A DNA stretch of 64,000 nucleotides from Armatimonadota bacterium (GCA_035528905.1 DATKXU010000060.1:8863-72862), one strand, 5' to 3'. Shown: positions 36,197 through 46,759, numbered from the stretch's first letter. Program-made: numbers and translations. Notes: generated by a model from the letters alone, not told the origin.

Positions 36197-39100
36197 ATGC
36201 CCCGAATCTTCGACAACATCGGTGAGAAGCTGCTTCCAGCCCTACAGACAACGCTGGACGTATCCGACCGAGCGGATTTCTGTGTCGGCTACTTCAACCT
36301 GCGAGGGTGGAGGCAACTTGATTCAAGAATCGAGCAATGGTCAGGTGAGGATGGCCAATGCTGTCGGCTTCTCGTCGGGATGCAGACTTTGCCCCATGAT
36401 GAACTCCGGCACTCCCTCAGCTTCGTCTCCGAGGGTCTTGGTCTTGACAATCAGGCAGTTGTTCGCCTGAAGAAGAAACTGGCAGAGGAATTCCGGGACC
36501 AAATCGCCATGGGGGTTCCGACCAACGAGGACGAAGCTGGTCTTCGACGGCTTGCCAACCAGATCCGCAGTCGGAAAGTCCAAGTCAAGCTGTTTCTCAG
36601 ACATCCGCTTCATGCCAAGCTATACCTGCTGTTCCGGCAGGATTATAACAACCCGATCACCGGTTTCCTTGGGAGCAGCAACCTTACCCTGCCGGGACTG
36701 TCCAGCCAGGGCGAACTGAACATCGATGTAACCGACCGTGACGCCTGTGAGAAGCTGGCACAATGGTTTGAAGACCGATGGAATGACAGATGGTGCCTGG
36801 ACATCTCCGATGAACTGATTCAGATAATTGACGAAAGCTGGGCTGGAGAGAACGAGATTCCACCATATCATATTTACTTGAAAATGGCATACCACCTCTC
36901 GCAGGAAGCCCGTGCCGGTTTGTCCGAGTTCCGGCTTCCCAGGGAATTTGGCGAAAAGCTTTTCGAGTTTCAGAAAGCGGCAGTCAAGATAGCCGCACAT
37001 CACCTGAACAAGCGTGGGGGTGTGCTTGTTGCCGATGTAGTAGGACTTGGCAAGACGCTGACCGCTTGTGCTATTGCCCGGATATTCCAGGACGACCACT
37101 TCCTGGAAACGCTCGTCATCTGCCCGAAGAACTTGGTGAAGATGTGGCAGGACCACGTCGAGCACTATCGTATGATCGCCAGGGTGTTGCCTATCAGCAC
37201 GGCAATCAACAGCCTACCGGATCTTCGCAGATACCGAGTGATCATAATCGACGAGAGCCATAACCTGCGGAACCGGGAAACGAAAACCTACCATGCCCTG
37301 TATGACTATATTTTCAAGAATGATAGCAAATGCATTCTGCTCACCGCCACTCCATACAACAAGACTTACCTCGATCTCTCCAGTCAACTGCGCCTGTTCG
37401 TGCCGGAAGATGCCGATCTAGGAGTCCGACCCGAGCGTAAGCTTCAAGAGCCGGGCGGCGAAGTCGAGTTCGTAAGGCGGCATCAGTGTCCTGTCCGCTC
37501 GCTTTCCGCTTTCGAGAAGAGCGATTACACGGAGGACTGGCAGGAACTTATGCGGCTCTTTATGGTTCGCCGGACCAGGAGCTTCATCCAAAAGAACTAC
37601 GCCGAAGTTGATCCTGACAACGGTCGGACGTATCTCACAATGGAAGACGGCAAGAGATCGTACTTCCCCGTCCGAAAACCCAAGACAGCGAAGTTTACGG
37701 TGAACGATGCTGACCCATCAGACCAGTATGCAAGGCTGTATGCGCCTTTCGTGGTGAATGCGGTAGCTTCGCTCGAACTCCCCAGGTATGGATTGGGTAA
37801 CTACATCGCCCAGAATCCTGAGGAACCGCCGACAGCCAGGGAGGAGAAAGGCATCAGGGACCTCGGACGTGCCGGCAAACGGCTCATGGGCTTCTGCAGG
37901 ACGAATCTGTTCAAGCGACTGGAAAGCGGCGGATTGACATTCCTGCAGTCGGTCAATCGCCACATCCTGCGGAACCACGTTTTCATCCATGCAATCGAGA
38001 ACGACCTCCCACTTCCAATCGGCACTCAGTACATCGAGCTTTTCGATACTCGGCTCAAGGACGAGGATTCGGATGCTTGCACATACAGCCTCATGAACGG
38101 CGATGAGGAATATTCGTGCGACATTCACGAGGCAAACAGCGTGGTTTACTCCGAGGAGCTGTACAGGAAAAGGGCCGCGGAGATATATGGGGAATATGCC
38201 GGTCCGCGCAAGAGACAGTTCCACTGGCTCCGTCCGTCTTTGTTTGTTGCGGACCTGAGAGACAGCCTCAGGCGCGACGCAAAAACCCTTCTATCCGTAC
38301 TCGATAACTGCGGCGATTGGATTCCAGACAGTGATGCGAAGCTCGAAGCCCTGTTCAAGCTACTGACCGTGACCCACCCAAGCGAAAAGGTTCTCGTGTT
38401 CACACAGTTCGCCGACACGGTGCGCTATCTGGATGCCGAGTTGAATAAGCGGGGCGTAACCGCCATGGAGGGCGTAACCGGCGATTCAGCAGATCCGACG
38501 GGGTCGGCTTGGAGGTTCAGTCCGAACAGCAACGAGAAACGCGACAAGGTGAAACCGGAGGACGAACTGAGGGTCCTGATTGCTACCGATGTCTTGAGCG
38601 AAGGGCAGAATCTCCAGGACTGCAACATAGTCGTGAATTACGATCTCCCGTGGGCGATCATCAGGCTTATACAACGGGCCGGACGCGTGGACCGCATCGG
38701 TCAGGAAGCTGAGGAAATCCTGTGCTACTCCTTCGTACCCGCAGATGGTGTCGAGCGGCTTATCCGACTCAGGGCGAGAGTCAGGCAGAGGCTTCGGGAA
38801 AATGCCGAAGTTGTCGGCACAGACGAAGCATTCTTCGAAGACGACATGACCGAGAAACAGCTAAGGGACATATTCACGGAGAAATCCGGGCTAATGGACG
38901 AACAAGAGGATGACGACGTAGACCTCGCGTCCTATGCTTACCAGATCTGGAAGAATGCCGTGGACCGTGACCCCAAGCTGGCCGGTATCATTCCTGACAT
39001 GCCGAACGTCACTTACTCGGCCAAGGCTCATAAGGCTACCCCGAAGAGCCCTCACGGCGTCCTCGTCTACATGCGTACAGCCGAGGATAACGACGCCCTG

Positions 39101-39589
39101 GCATGGATGGATGAGAACGGAAACAGCATCACCCAATCCCAGCTTGCTATTCTGAGAGCCGCCGAGTGCCTGCCCGATACACCGGCTATCCCCCGGCACG
39201 AGCGACATCACGAACTGGTGAAAGCTGGAGTCGAGCATCTCGTGAAGGAGGAGAAATCCGTCGGCGGTCAACTTGGTCGCCCGTCAGGCGCCAGATTCAA
39301 AACGTACGAGAGGCTGAAACGCCATGCCGGGGAGGTCAAGGGCACGATCTGGGATACGCCCGAACTGGAGAAGGCGCTCGACGACATATACCGGTATCCA
39401 CTCAAGCAGACAGCCACGGACACGCTGAACCGTATCATCAAGAGCGGAGTCACTGACGACATCCTCGCCGATGTGGTCATCAACCTGCGGAATGAGGATA
39501 AGCTGTGCATGGTTCAGGAGGAGGCTGAGCGACACGAACCCAAGCTGATCTGTTCTCTAGGACTGTTCGAGGCGGAGGGAGGTCGGTAG
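36197..39589 (+). CDS. SNF2-family helicase with N-terminal PLD-family (HKD) nuclease domain
   Basis: 1130 aa. HKD motif LHAKLYLL...GSSNLT. SF2 motifs LVADVVGLGKTLTA, IIIDESHNLRN. Helicase-C motifs LIATDVLSEGQNLQDC and RAGRVDRIGQ. Confidence 0.85.
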   Translation: MPRIFDNIGEKLLPALQTTLDVSDRADFCVGYFNLRGWRQLDSRIEQWSGEDGQCCRLLVGMQTLPHDELRHSLSFVSEGLGLDNQAVVRLKKKLAEEFRDQIAMGVPTNEDEAGLRRLANQIRSRKVQVKLFLRHPLHAKLYLLFRQDYNNPITGFLGSSNLTLPGLSSQGELNIDVTDRDACEKLAQWFEDRWNDRWCLDISDELIQIIDESWAGENEIPPYHIYLKMAYHLSQEARAGLSEFRLPREFGEKLFEFQKAAVKIAAHHLNKRGGVLVADVVGLGKTLTACAIARIFQDDHFLETLVICPKNLVKMWQDHVEHYRMIARVLPISTAINSLPDLRRYRVIIIDESHNLRNRETKTYHALYDYIFKNDSKCILLTATPYNKTYLDLSSQLRLFVPEDADLGVRPERKLQEPGGEVEFVRRHQCPVRSLSAFEKSDYTEDWQELMRLFMVRRTRSFIQKNYAEVDPDNGRTYLTMEDGKRSYFPVRKPKTAKFTVNDADPSDQYARLYAPFVVNAVASLELPRYGLGNYIAQNPEEPPTAREEKGIRDLGRAGKRLMGFCRTNLFKRLESGGLTFLQSVNRHILRNHVFIHAIENDLPLPIGTQYIELFDTRLKDEDSDACTYSLMNGDEEYSCDIHEANSVVYSEELYRKRAAEIYGEYAGPRKRQFHWLRPSLFVADLRDSLRRDAKTLLSVLDNCGDWIPDSDAKLEALFKLLTVTHPSEKVLVFTQFADTVRYLDAELNKRGVTAMEGVTGDSADPTGSAWRFSPNSNEKRDKVKPEDELRVLIATDVLSEGQNLQDCNIVVNYDLPWAIIRLIQRAGRVDRIGQEAEEILCYSFVPADGVERLIRLRARVRQRLRENAEVVGTDEAFFEDDMTEKQLRDIFTEKSGLMDEQEDDDVDLASYAYQIWKNAVDRDPKLAGIIPDMPNVTYSAKAHKATPKSPHGVLVYMRTAEDNDALAWMDENGNSITQSQLAILRAAECLPDTPAIPRHERHHELVKAGVEHLVKEEKSVGGQLGRPSGARFKTYERLKRHAGEVKGTIWDTPELEKALDDIYRYPLKQTATDTLNRIIKSGVTDDILADVVINLRNEDKLCMVQEEAERHEPKLICSLGLFEAEGGR

Positions 39590-39592
39590 CGG

Positions 39593-42500
39593 GTGCGGCT
39601 GAACGTAGCGAAAGTCCGAGAATACCTGCGCGCGTGCCAGTTCAGGAACCTGTTCATTGAGGAACTGGGATGGAGCCACTGTACACTCTCACCCATAACC
39701 GTTTCCGTGGATGGAGAGGACTACACCCTTAGTGCCATCTCCGAAATGGGCGGTTTGGTCGCCTTGCAGTGCAAACCAGCTTCAAACGGTAGGATCCCCG
39801 AGTATCACATCAGGCGAAAGATAGACCGACTTGTTACCAAGCTGCATTACGAGCACATTATCATCTATTGCGGTGGCAACCAGCAGGTCTGGCAGTGGGT
39901 GAAGAAAGAACCCGGCAGGCCGTCCGCACCCCGTGAGCATCCCTTCCGCTACGACCAGTCGGGTACGCCGCTGATCCAGAAGCTCGATGGGCTTGTCTTC
40001 ACGCTGGAAGAACTCGATGGCGAGGGCAACGTCTCGATCAAGGCTGTCTCCGAGCGGGTTAAGTCCGCCCTTGATATCGATAAGGTCACGAAGCGTTTCT
40101 ACGACCGCTTCAAGGTCGAATTGGAGGTGTTCAAGGGGTTCATCAAGGGTATTTCGAATGCCGCCCACACGGACTGGTATGCCTCCCTGATGCTGAACCG
40201 CCTGATGTTCATCTACTTCGTCCAGAAGAAAGGTTTCCTGGACAACGACAGCAGCTACCTCCGCAACAGGCTTCGAATGGTTCAGGAGAAACGCGGGCAG
40301 AACCGGTTCTACTCCTTCTACCGCAGTTTCCTGAGAGTGCTGTTCCACGAAGGGCTGAATTCCAGAGAGAGAACCCCCGAACTACTCGAGCTACTGGGGA
40401 ACGTGCCTTATCTGAACGGCGGTCTCTTTGAAGAGCACGAGCTCGAGCAGGAAAACCCCGATCTCGACATCCCCGATGAAGCGTTCGAGCGCATGTTCGA
40501 TTTCTTCGACCAGTACGAATGGCATCTCGATATCCGCCCGATGCGAAACGACCGGGAGATCAACCCCGACGTGCTCGGCTACATCTTCGAGAAGTACATA
40601 AACGCAATCCAGCCGGGCGAGCAAAAGGCGAAGGGCGCATACTATACCAAAGAGGATATCACCGGCTATATTTCCCAGAACACGATCATTCCATATCTCT
40701 TCGATGCCGCCAGGCGAAAATGCGCCATTGCGTTTGAGGGAGAGCAGTCCGTATGGAGGCTTCTGCAGGAGAATCCCGATGCTTATATCTACCCGGCGGT
40801 CAAGCTAGGAGTCATAGACAGGCAACGGAACGTCCTGCCCGAATCCATGCTGCCGGATTTCGTCCAGCGTGGGATGCGCGATCCCAAGGCAAGGATGTTC
40901 GACAACCGGTACAACCTTACGGGAGCCGACCTTCGAGATGAGGAGGGAAATAGGCTCACTCTGCCCACCGAGACCTGGCGGGAGTACGTAGAGCGGCGAA
41001 AGCGCTGCCTGGACTTGCGTTCGAAGCTCGGAGCAGGTGAGGTGAAGTCCATTGATGACCTAATCACCTACAATCTGGACATTCGGCAGTTTGCCCAGGA
41101 CGTGATCGAGAATTCAGAGGGGCCGGAACTGCTCCGGGCGTTCTACTCGGCAAGCCAGAGCGTCACTGTGCTCGACCCTACTTGCGGGTCGGGAGCGTTC
41201 CTGTTTGCCGCATTGAACATCCTTGAGCCGCTTTACGAGGGGTGTCTCGAACGGATGCAGGAGTTTGTCAGCGAACTGGACACCTCTCAGGAAAAGCAGG
41301 ACCCCAGGAAGTACTCGGACTTCCGCCGGATACTGGAAGCTGTGGCGCAACATCCAAACCAGCCATATTTCATCTTCAAGTCCATCATCCTGAACAACCT
41401 CTTCGGCGTGGATATCATGCCGGAGGCGGTGGAGATATGCAAGCTCCGCCTGTTTCTGAAACTTGCGGCTCAGGTGGAGCCGGATAGATCGAAGGACAAT
41501 ATGGGGCTTGAGCCGCTGCCCGACATAGACTTCAACATCCGGGCCGGGAATACACTGGTCGGATTTGCCACATATGATGAGGTAAAATCGGCGGTCATGG
41601 GTAGCGACCAGAAGCGCATGGATGTTTTTGATGAGATGTCACCGATTGAAGAAAAGGCCCAGGAGGTGGAGAGGCTATGGCAAAGATTCCGCGAGCAGCA
41701 GGAGATGCTGGACGGCGGGGAGATCACTGCCAGAGACAAGCAGGAGTTGCGAAACGAGCTGGCGCCGCTGGAAGAGGAGCTGAACAGGTATCTCGCAAAG
41801 CAGTACGGCGATGCCGCCAGGGACTACGAAGGTTGGCTTGCATCACACCGGCCGTTCCACTGGTTCATCGAGTTTCATGGCATTATGAGCCGTGGCGGGT
41901 TTGATGTCGTGCTTGGGAACCCGCCCTATGTCGAGTTCAGCAAGGTAGTGGATGATTATAGCGTGAAGGGTTACTCAACGTTGGAATGCGGAAACCTCTA
42001 CGCCTTCGTTGTCGAGCGAATCTGTGGTTTGGTTAGGAAGATACTTGGCAGATCAGGTATGATTATACCCCATTCAGCCATTTGCACTGACAGGATGGCC
42101 CCACTACAGAGGGTATTCCGTGAAGCTGCGGATACGTTATGGGTCTCATCCTATGATATACGTCCAGCTAAGTTGTTTGATGGCGTGGATCAGAGGTTAG
42201 CCATATACATGATCAAGCATGGAAACGGTACGGACGTAACGGTGATTGCTTCTCGATACCATCGCTGGCATGGTGAGTTCCGTCCCTTCATCATGGGATC
42301 GCTCAAGTACGTCGATGTGTCCGATATGGGATTTCCTAACTCTATCCCGAAGGTAGACAGCCTCTTGGAGACCTCACTCTGGACCGACCTTAGCGCATGG
42401 CCTAAATTGGCCATGGAGTTTGTCGGCTACCGAACCCCCAGCGTTGTGTACTACCACAATGCGCCACGTTACTGGAACCGAGCAATGAGCTTTGCCCCCT

Positions 42501-42973
42501 ACTTCTGGAACGAGCGGAATGGCGAACTGATCTCCACTCAGGTCAAGTCAGTTTATCTCCAGAACGGACTTGACAAGGAGGTTGTGGTTGCCTGTCTAAA
42601 CAGTTCCCTGTTCTATTGGTGGTTTATAATACTCTCAGATTGCCGCCATCTCAACCTTTGTGAGATTGAAAGCTTTCCTCTGGGACTTGAAGAAATGTCA
42701 TCAACCACGAAGGACATCCTAGCGACATCGGCTACTGAGCTGATGTTGGATATGAAGAGGCATGCCAAGCGCAAGAAGTGCCAATATAAGTCCACTGGCA
42801 AGGTGGTTTACGACGAGTACTATCCGAAGTACTCCAAGGCACTTATCGACAAGATCGACCGTGCTCTGGCGAAGCACTACGGCTTCACGGACGAGGAGCT
42901 GGACTTCATCATAAACTACGATATCAAGTACCGGATGGGGCTGAGAGGAGAAGATAACGAGCACGAAGAATAG
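39593..42973 (+). CDS. Large N6-adenine DNA methyltransferase (gamma-class, Eco57I/type IIG-like), GTG start coupled to upstream helicase
   Basis: 1126 aa. Motif I LDPTCGSGAFL precedes motif IV VLGNPPYVEF. Stops with TAG. Confidence 0.85.
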   Translation: MRLNVAKVREYLRACQFRNLFIEELGWSHCTLSPITVSVDGEDYTLSAISEMGGLVALQCKPASNGRIPEYHIRRKIDRLVTKLHYEHIIIYCGGNQQVWQWVKKEPGRPSAPREHPFRYDQSGTPLIQKLDGLVFTLEELDGEGNVSIKAVSERVKSALDIDKVTKRFYDRFKVELEVFKGFIKGISNAAHTDWYASLMLNRLMFIYFVQKKGFLDNDSSYLRNRLRMVQEKRGQNRFYSFYRSFLRVLFHEGLNSRERTPELLELLGNVPYLNGGLFEEHELEQENPDLDIPDEAFERMFDFFDQYEWHLDIRPMRNDREINPDVLGYIFEKYINAIQPGEQKAKGAYYTKEDITGYISQNTIIPYLFDAARRKCAIAFEGEQSVWRLLQENPDAYIYPAVKLGVIDRQRNVLPESMLPDFVQRGMRDPKARMFDNRYNLTGADLRDEEGNRLTLPTETWREYVERRKRCLDLRSKLGAGEVKSIDDLITYNLDIRQFAQDVIENSEGPELLRAFYSASQSVTVLDPTCGSGAFLFAALNILEPLYEGCLERMQEFVSELDTSQEKQDPRKYSDFRRILEAVAQHPNQPYFIFKSIILNNLFGVDIMPEAVEICKLRLFLKLAAQVEPDRSKDNMGLEPLPDIDFNIRAGNTLVGFATYDEVKSAVMGSDQKRMDVFDEMSPIEEKAQEVERLWQRFREQQEMLDGGEITARDKQELRNELAPLEEELNRYLAKQYGDAARDYEGWLASHRPFHWFIEFHGIMSRGGFDVVLGNPPYVEFSKVVDDYSVKGYSTLECGNLYAFVVERICGLVRKILGRSGMIIPHSAICTDRMAPLQRVFREAADTLWVSSYDIRPAKLFDGVDQRLAIYMIKHGNGTDVTVIASRYHRWHGEFRPFIMGSLKYVDVSDMGFPNSIPKVDSLLETSLWTDLSAWPKLAMEFVGYRTPSVVYYHNAPRYWNRAMSFAPYFWNERNGELISTQVKSVYLQNGLDKEVVVACLNSSLFYWWFIILSDCRHLNLCEIESFPLGLEEMSSTTKDILATSATELMLDMKRHAKRKKCQYKSTGKVVYDEYYPKYSKALIDKIDRALAKHYGFTDEELDFIINYDIKYRMGLRGEDNEHEE

Positions 42974-43009
42974 GAATCATCAAGCAGTACAAGTGCTTGG
43001 GGTGGCAGT

Positions 43010-44146
43010 ATGACGAGGGTGTCTGTCAGTAATCAGGTTCTGTACTGGGCGCTCGAGCGTTCAGGTAGGCGAAGTTATATCGAGACCAAGTTTCCAGTAG
43101 GAGAGTGGTTGAGCGGCTCGAAAGCGCCGACACTGCGGCAGTTGGACAAGTTCGCTAAGGCAGCCCGTACTCCGTTCGGCTACCTTTTTCTGCCACAGCC
43201 GCCGCGGGAACAATTGCCCATCCCTCACTTCCGCACGCTTACCGACGAGCCGGTCAGTCCAAGCGCAGATCTTCTCGAGACCGTCCATATAATGCAGCGG
43301 CGACAGAACTGGATGCGTGAACACCTGATTGAACAAGCTTTGGAGCCTTTGCCCTTTGTCAGGTCGGCAAAGGTAGGGGAGGAGCGTAAGCTGATTGCAA
43401 GGGAAATGCGGCGCACGCTGGGGTTAGAAGGGGGATGGGCGGCGAAGCAGCCCACTTGGACCGGGGCGCTCCGAAACTTGCAGAACAGGATAGAGGATGC
43501 AGGGGTAATCGTAGTGGTAAACGGGGTCGTCGGAAACAATACGCACCGCAAACTGGACCCCACCGAGTTCCGCGGATTCGTCTTGGTTGACGAGTACACT
43601 CCCTTGCTCTTTGTCAACGGCGCCGATGGCAAAGCGGCACAGATGTTTACGCTCGCACACGAGCTGGCGCATGTGTGGTTTGGCAGCAGTGCCGCCTTCG
43701 ACCTGCGGGACTTGCAACCAGCCAATAACGACACGGAAAGGGCGTGCAACCGGGTTGCCGCGGAATTCCTGGTGCCTGAGGATGAACTACGTTCATTCTG
43801 GTCCAGCCGGAAGGAAAAGCCAGACTTCCAGGAGATTGCTCGCCATTTCAAGGTGAGCGAGCTAGTCGCCGCTCGGAGGGCTCTTGACTCGGGGTTTATC
43901 ACAAGGGACGAGTTTGTTCAGTTCTACAATGATTATCAGGAAAGAGAAAAGCATAAGCCGAGTAAAGAAGGTGGTGACTTCTACAAGAACCAGAATCTGC
44001 GCGTTGGACGTCGCTTTGCGGAAGCCATCTTTCAAGCTGTAAGGGAGGGCAGGCTACTCTATCACGAGGCTTACCACCTTACCGGACTACATGGCAGAGC
44101 CTTTGAGAAATACACCTCTTGTCTTGAATTTGGGAGGGCAGCTTGA
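43010..44146 (+). CDS. HTH (XRE-like) + ImmA/IrrE-family zinc metallopeptidase
   Basis: N-terminal HTH-like segment. HELAHVWF (HEXXH) in the C-terminal half. Confidence 0.72.
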   Translation: MTRVSVSNQVLYWALERSGRRSYIETKFPVGEWLSGSKAPTLRQLDKFAKAARTPFGYLFLPQPPREQLPIPHFRTLTDEPVSPSADLLETVHIMQRRQNWMREHLIEQALEPLPFVRSAKVGEERKLIAREMRRTLGLEGGWAAKQPTWTGALRNLQNRIEDAGVIVVVNGVVGNNTHRKLDPTEFRGFVLVDEYTPLLFVNGADGKAAQMFTLAHELAHVWFGSSAAFDLRDLQPANNDTERACNRVAAEFLVPEDELRSFWSSRKEKPDFQEIARHFKVSELVAARRALDSGFITRDEFVQFYNDYQEREKHKPSKEGGDFYKNQNLRVGRRFAEAIFQAVREGRLLYHEAYHLTGLHGRAFEKYTSCLEFGRAA

Positions 44147-44643
44147 TCGGTACCGCGACATACCTACTGGATGCCAATGTGTTCATAGAGGCTGCGAAGC
44201 GATACTATGCCTTCGACATAGCCCCGCGCTTCTGGGATGCTCTCGTCGAACATGCGAATGATGATTCCGTAACAAGCATAGACCGCGTAAAGGAAGAGCT
44301 GGTACTCGGCAATGATGATCTTGCAGAATGGGCGAATCGTCAGTTCCACGAACGGTTTGCAGCAACGGATGAAGACGAGGTTGTGAAAGCTTTCGCAGAG
44401 ATCATGTCATGGGTAAACGAACAAGCTCAGTTCAACGACGCCGCTAAACAGGAGTTCGCTAGTGGTGCGGACGGTTGGCTGGTCGCGTATGCCAAAGTCA
44501 ATGGGTGTGTAGTCGTTACCCATGAGCAATTCAACCCGGATATCAAAAGGAAAGTCCCGATACCCAACATTTGTCGAGCGTTTCAAGTTACTTGTTGCGA
44601 CACATTTGATATGCTCAGAAAATTGGGGGTGCAGCTCGGCTAG
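44143..44643 (+). CDS. DUF4411-like PIN-fold protein (TTG start overlapping upstream stop)
   Basis: YLLDANVFIEAAKRYYAFD...FWDAL resembles the DUF4411/PIN N-terminus. 4-nt overlap with the ImmA gene. Confidence 0.5.
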   Translation: MIGTATYLLDANVFIEAAKRYYAFDIAPRFWDALVEHANDDSVTSIDRVKEELVLGNDDLAEWANRQFHERFAATDEDEVVKAFAEIMSWVNEQAQFNDAAKQEFASGADGWLVAYAKVNGCVVVTHEQFNPDIKRKVPIPNICRAFQVTCCDTFDMLRKLGVQLG

Positions 44644-44762
44644 CACGCTTCTTATCACATGCCAGACTCTCTTCGAATCTTCTAATGGCCAGTTCCTCAT
44701 CAGCTGTGACATCAAGTACCGCATGGGGATCAACAGTATCTCCACCCTGAAGAGTTAGAGAG

Positions 44763-45401
44763 GTGCCATCCATGGCAAAACTCAACAATCTGAATGGCTT
44801 CCAAGCTAAGAAGCGGTTGAACGACTTGCTGCTCTTTCGGCAGTTATTCGTAGACTATACGTACCATCTTCTGCCTCCCGACCATCCGTTCGGTGACCCT
44901 GGATTAACCCCCCAGGGGCAGGAGATAAAGGCCAAGATGGACAAGATGCTGCACGGCGTCATTGAAAGCATGTATCTGGCAGGAACCTACGTCATTGTCG
45001 ACTACACTGCTCCGCCAGTTGCAGGGAGAACTCGACATACAATCGATCTTATGCGCAACATCGATCACCTGCATAACTACGACATCGATCCTCGGCAGGT
45101 GGTTAGTGTCATAGACGAGACTATAGGCGTTTTCCAGCGAGATGTCACCTCGGCATGGCTAAGAACGTTCTGGCCTTTCTTCTGGATACATAAGATTATT
45201 GCCTGGCTGATCGCTTATCCGTTTCGATTGTGGTCGGAGGCAATGGGTGGCAAGGCGTCTGGTTCCGGAGCCTCATGCCTACAGGGAGTGGCCACGTTCC
45301 TTGGGACTCTGCTGGGCGACGTCGTTATCATTCTGAGCATCCTTAAGGAACTCGACTTCCTTGAGCCTGTGAAGCATTATCTTCACACTCTTGTGCGATA
45401 A
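44763..45401 (+). CDS. Hypothetical protein with C-terminal transmembrane helices
   Basis: 212 aa. Hydrophobic segments FWPFFWIHKIIAWLIAYPF and VATFLGTLLGDVVIILSIL. Lower GC than surroundings. Confidence 0.4.
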   Translation: MPSMAKLNNLNGFQAKKRLNDLLLFRQLFVDYTYHLLPPDHPFGDPGLTPQGQEIKAKMDKMLHGVIESMYLAGTYVIVDYTAPPVAGRTRHTIDLMRNIDHLHNYDIDPRQVVSVIDETIGVFQRDVTSAWLRTFWPFFWIHKIIAWLIAYPFRLWSEAMGGKASGSGASCLQGVATFLGTLLGDVVIILSILKELDFLEPVKHYLHTLVR

Positions 45402-45448
45402 GCTCAGACCACAGGATAGAGGTATCAACACCATAGGAGCATGTACAG

Positions 45449-46084
45449 ATGGCGGAGGAATGCTCAGTCGATGGTTTCCCAGGGACGGTATCGCTACTCG
45501 GCAACCCGGAAATCCTGAAACGCCGCAAGATAGGCTTGATATGCTCCGTCAAGTGCCCGGGAAGCATCATCCTTCGGACGTACGATCTGATGCAGAGCCT
45601 GAGAAATGAGAACGTCGCCGTCGTGAGCGGCTTTCACTCGCCCATGGAGCGAGAATGTCTGAACATACTGCTGAGAGGGACTTGCGGAATCGTTCTTTGC
45701 CCGGCACGAAGCATACCGAAACGCATCCCGTCCGAGTTCAAGCAGCTCATCGAGGATGGTCGAATGCTGATGCTCTCGCCATTCGATGAGAAACACAAAC
45801 GACCGACCTCGGACGCATCCGTGCTGAGAAACAAGCTCGTCGCCGCCCTCGCCGATATGGTATTCGTACCATATGCATCGCCGGGCAGCAAGACAGAGGA
45901 ATTGTGCAAGGAGATCATTGGCTGGGGTAAGGCGCTGTACACGTTTGATAGCGAGTATAATGCTGGTTTGATGGAGATGGGAGCACAAGCCGTGACAACC
46001 GTGAGCTTGATCCGCGAGTACCAGCACAACACGTCGTCGCTGATTAGGCAGAATACCGATGTCGAGGAGATGGAATGCCGCTAG
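45449..46084 (+). CDS. DprA/Smf-like SLOG (Rossmann) domain protein, standalone
   Basis: VAVVSGFHSPMERECLNILLRGTCGIVLCPARSI...MLMLSPFDEKHKRPTSDASVLRNKLVAALADMVFV parallels the DprA Rossmann-domain pattern (VVSG..GID..H...L...G..I.V...G...PFP...RNRIIAGLS..V.VVEA). Lacks the SAM and wHTH extensions. Confidence 0.5.
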   Translation: MAEECSVDGFPGTVSLLGNPEILKRRKIGLICSVKCPGSIILRTYDLMQSLRNENVAVVSGFHSPMERECLNILLRGTCGIVLCPARSIPKRIPSEFKQLIEDGRMLMLSPFDEKHKRPTSDASVLRNKLVAALADMVFVPYASPGSKTEELCKEIIGWGKALYTFDSEYNAGLMEMGAQAVTTVSLIREYQHNTSSLIRQNTDVEEMECR

Positions 46085-46124
46085 AGCCAACGCACTGGAT
46101 GGTATGTGAACAGGAGGATTTGCT

Positions 46125-46727
46125 ATGAAGATCGCAGTCATCGCCTGGGGTTCTTTGATCTGGTGCCCCGGATCGCTGCAAATCGGTAGTTGGTGGCACA
46201 AAGACGGTCCGGAGCTGCCAATTGAGTTTGCGCGCATATCTGACGATGGCCGTCTGACGCTGGTTATCTATCCAGAATACCTGAATCCAGATACAAAACA
46301 TCTCGTGACAACCTACTGGGCAATGAGTTCGTTGAACCGTTTACAGGATGCTATCGATAATCTGAAGATACGTGAAGGCAATCCGCAATGTCCTGTTCAC
46401 TATGCTGATCGTGGAGGCAACTTCGACTGCCCAGATCCGCATATTCGCCAGATCATCGAGGATTGGCTGAAGGCTCACAACAAGCTTGATGCAGCAATCT
46501 GGACGGGACTAAAATCAAACTGGGACCGGAAGTCAACGAGTCCTATCGGTGGTGCAGAAGTAGTCCAGTATCTGCGCTTGCTAAAGTATATCTGTTCCAG
46601 TGCTTGCGAGAGAGCAGAGGAATACATAAGGAATACGCCTGATCAGATAAGAACTCCGTATAGACAAGAAATCGAGACGCAGCTCGGATGGACGGCGCAC
46701 GTTCTGCCCACCATACTATTTGTGTAA
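46125..46727 (+). CDS. ChaC/GGCT-like (gamma-glutamyl cyclotransferase fold) protein
   Basis: N-terminal VIAWGSLIWCPG matches the ChaC/GGCT motif (YGSLIWKPG). Confidence 0.38.
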   Translation: MKIAVIAWGSLIWCPGSLQIGSWWHKDGPELPIEFARISDDGRLTLVIYPEYLNPDTKHLVTTYWAMSSLNRLQDAIDNLKIREGNPQCPVHYADRGGNFDCPDPHIRQIIEDWLKAHNKLDAAIWTGLKSNWDRKSTSPIGGAEVVQYLRLLKYICSSACERAEEYIRNTPDQIRTPYRQEIETQLGWTAHVLPTILFV

Positions 46728-46759
46728 CTGGAACAACTGCATGAAATGGTGGATACGTC

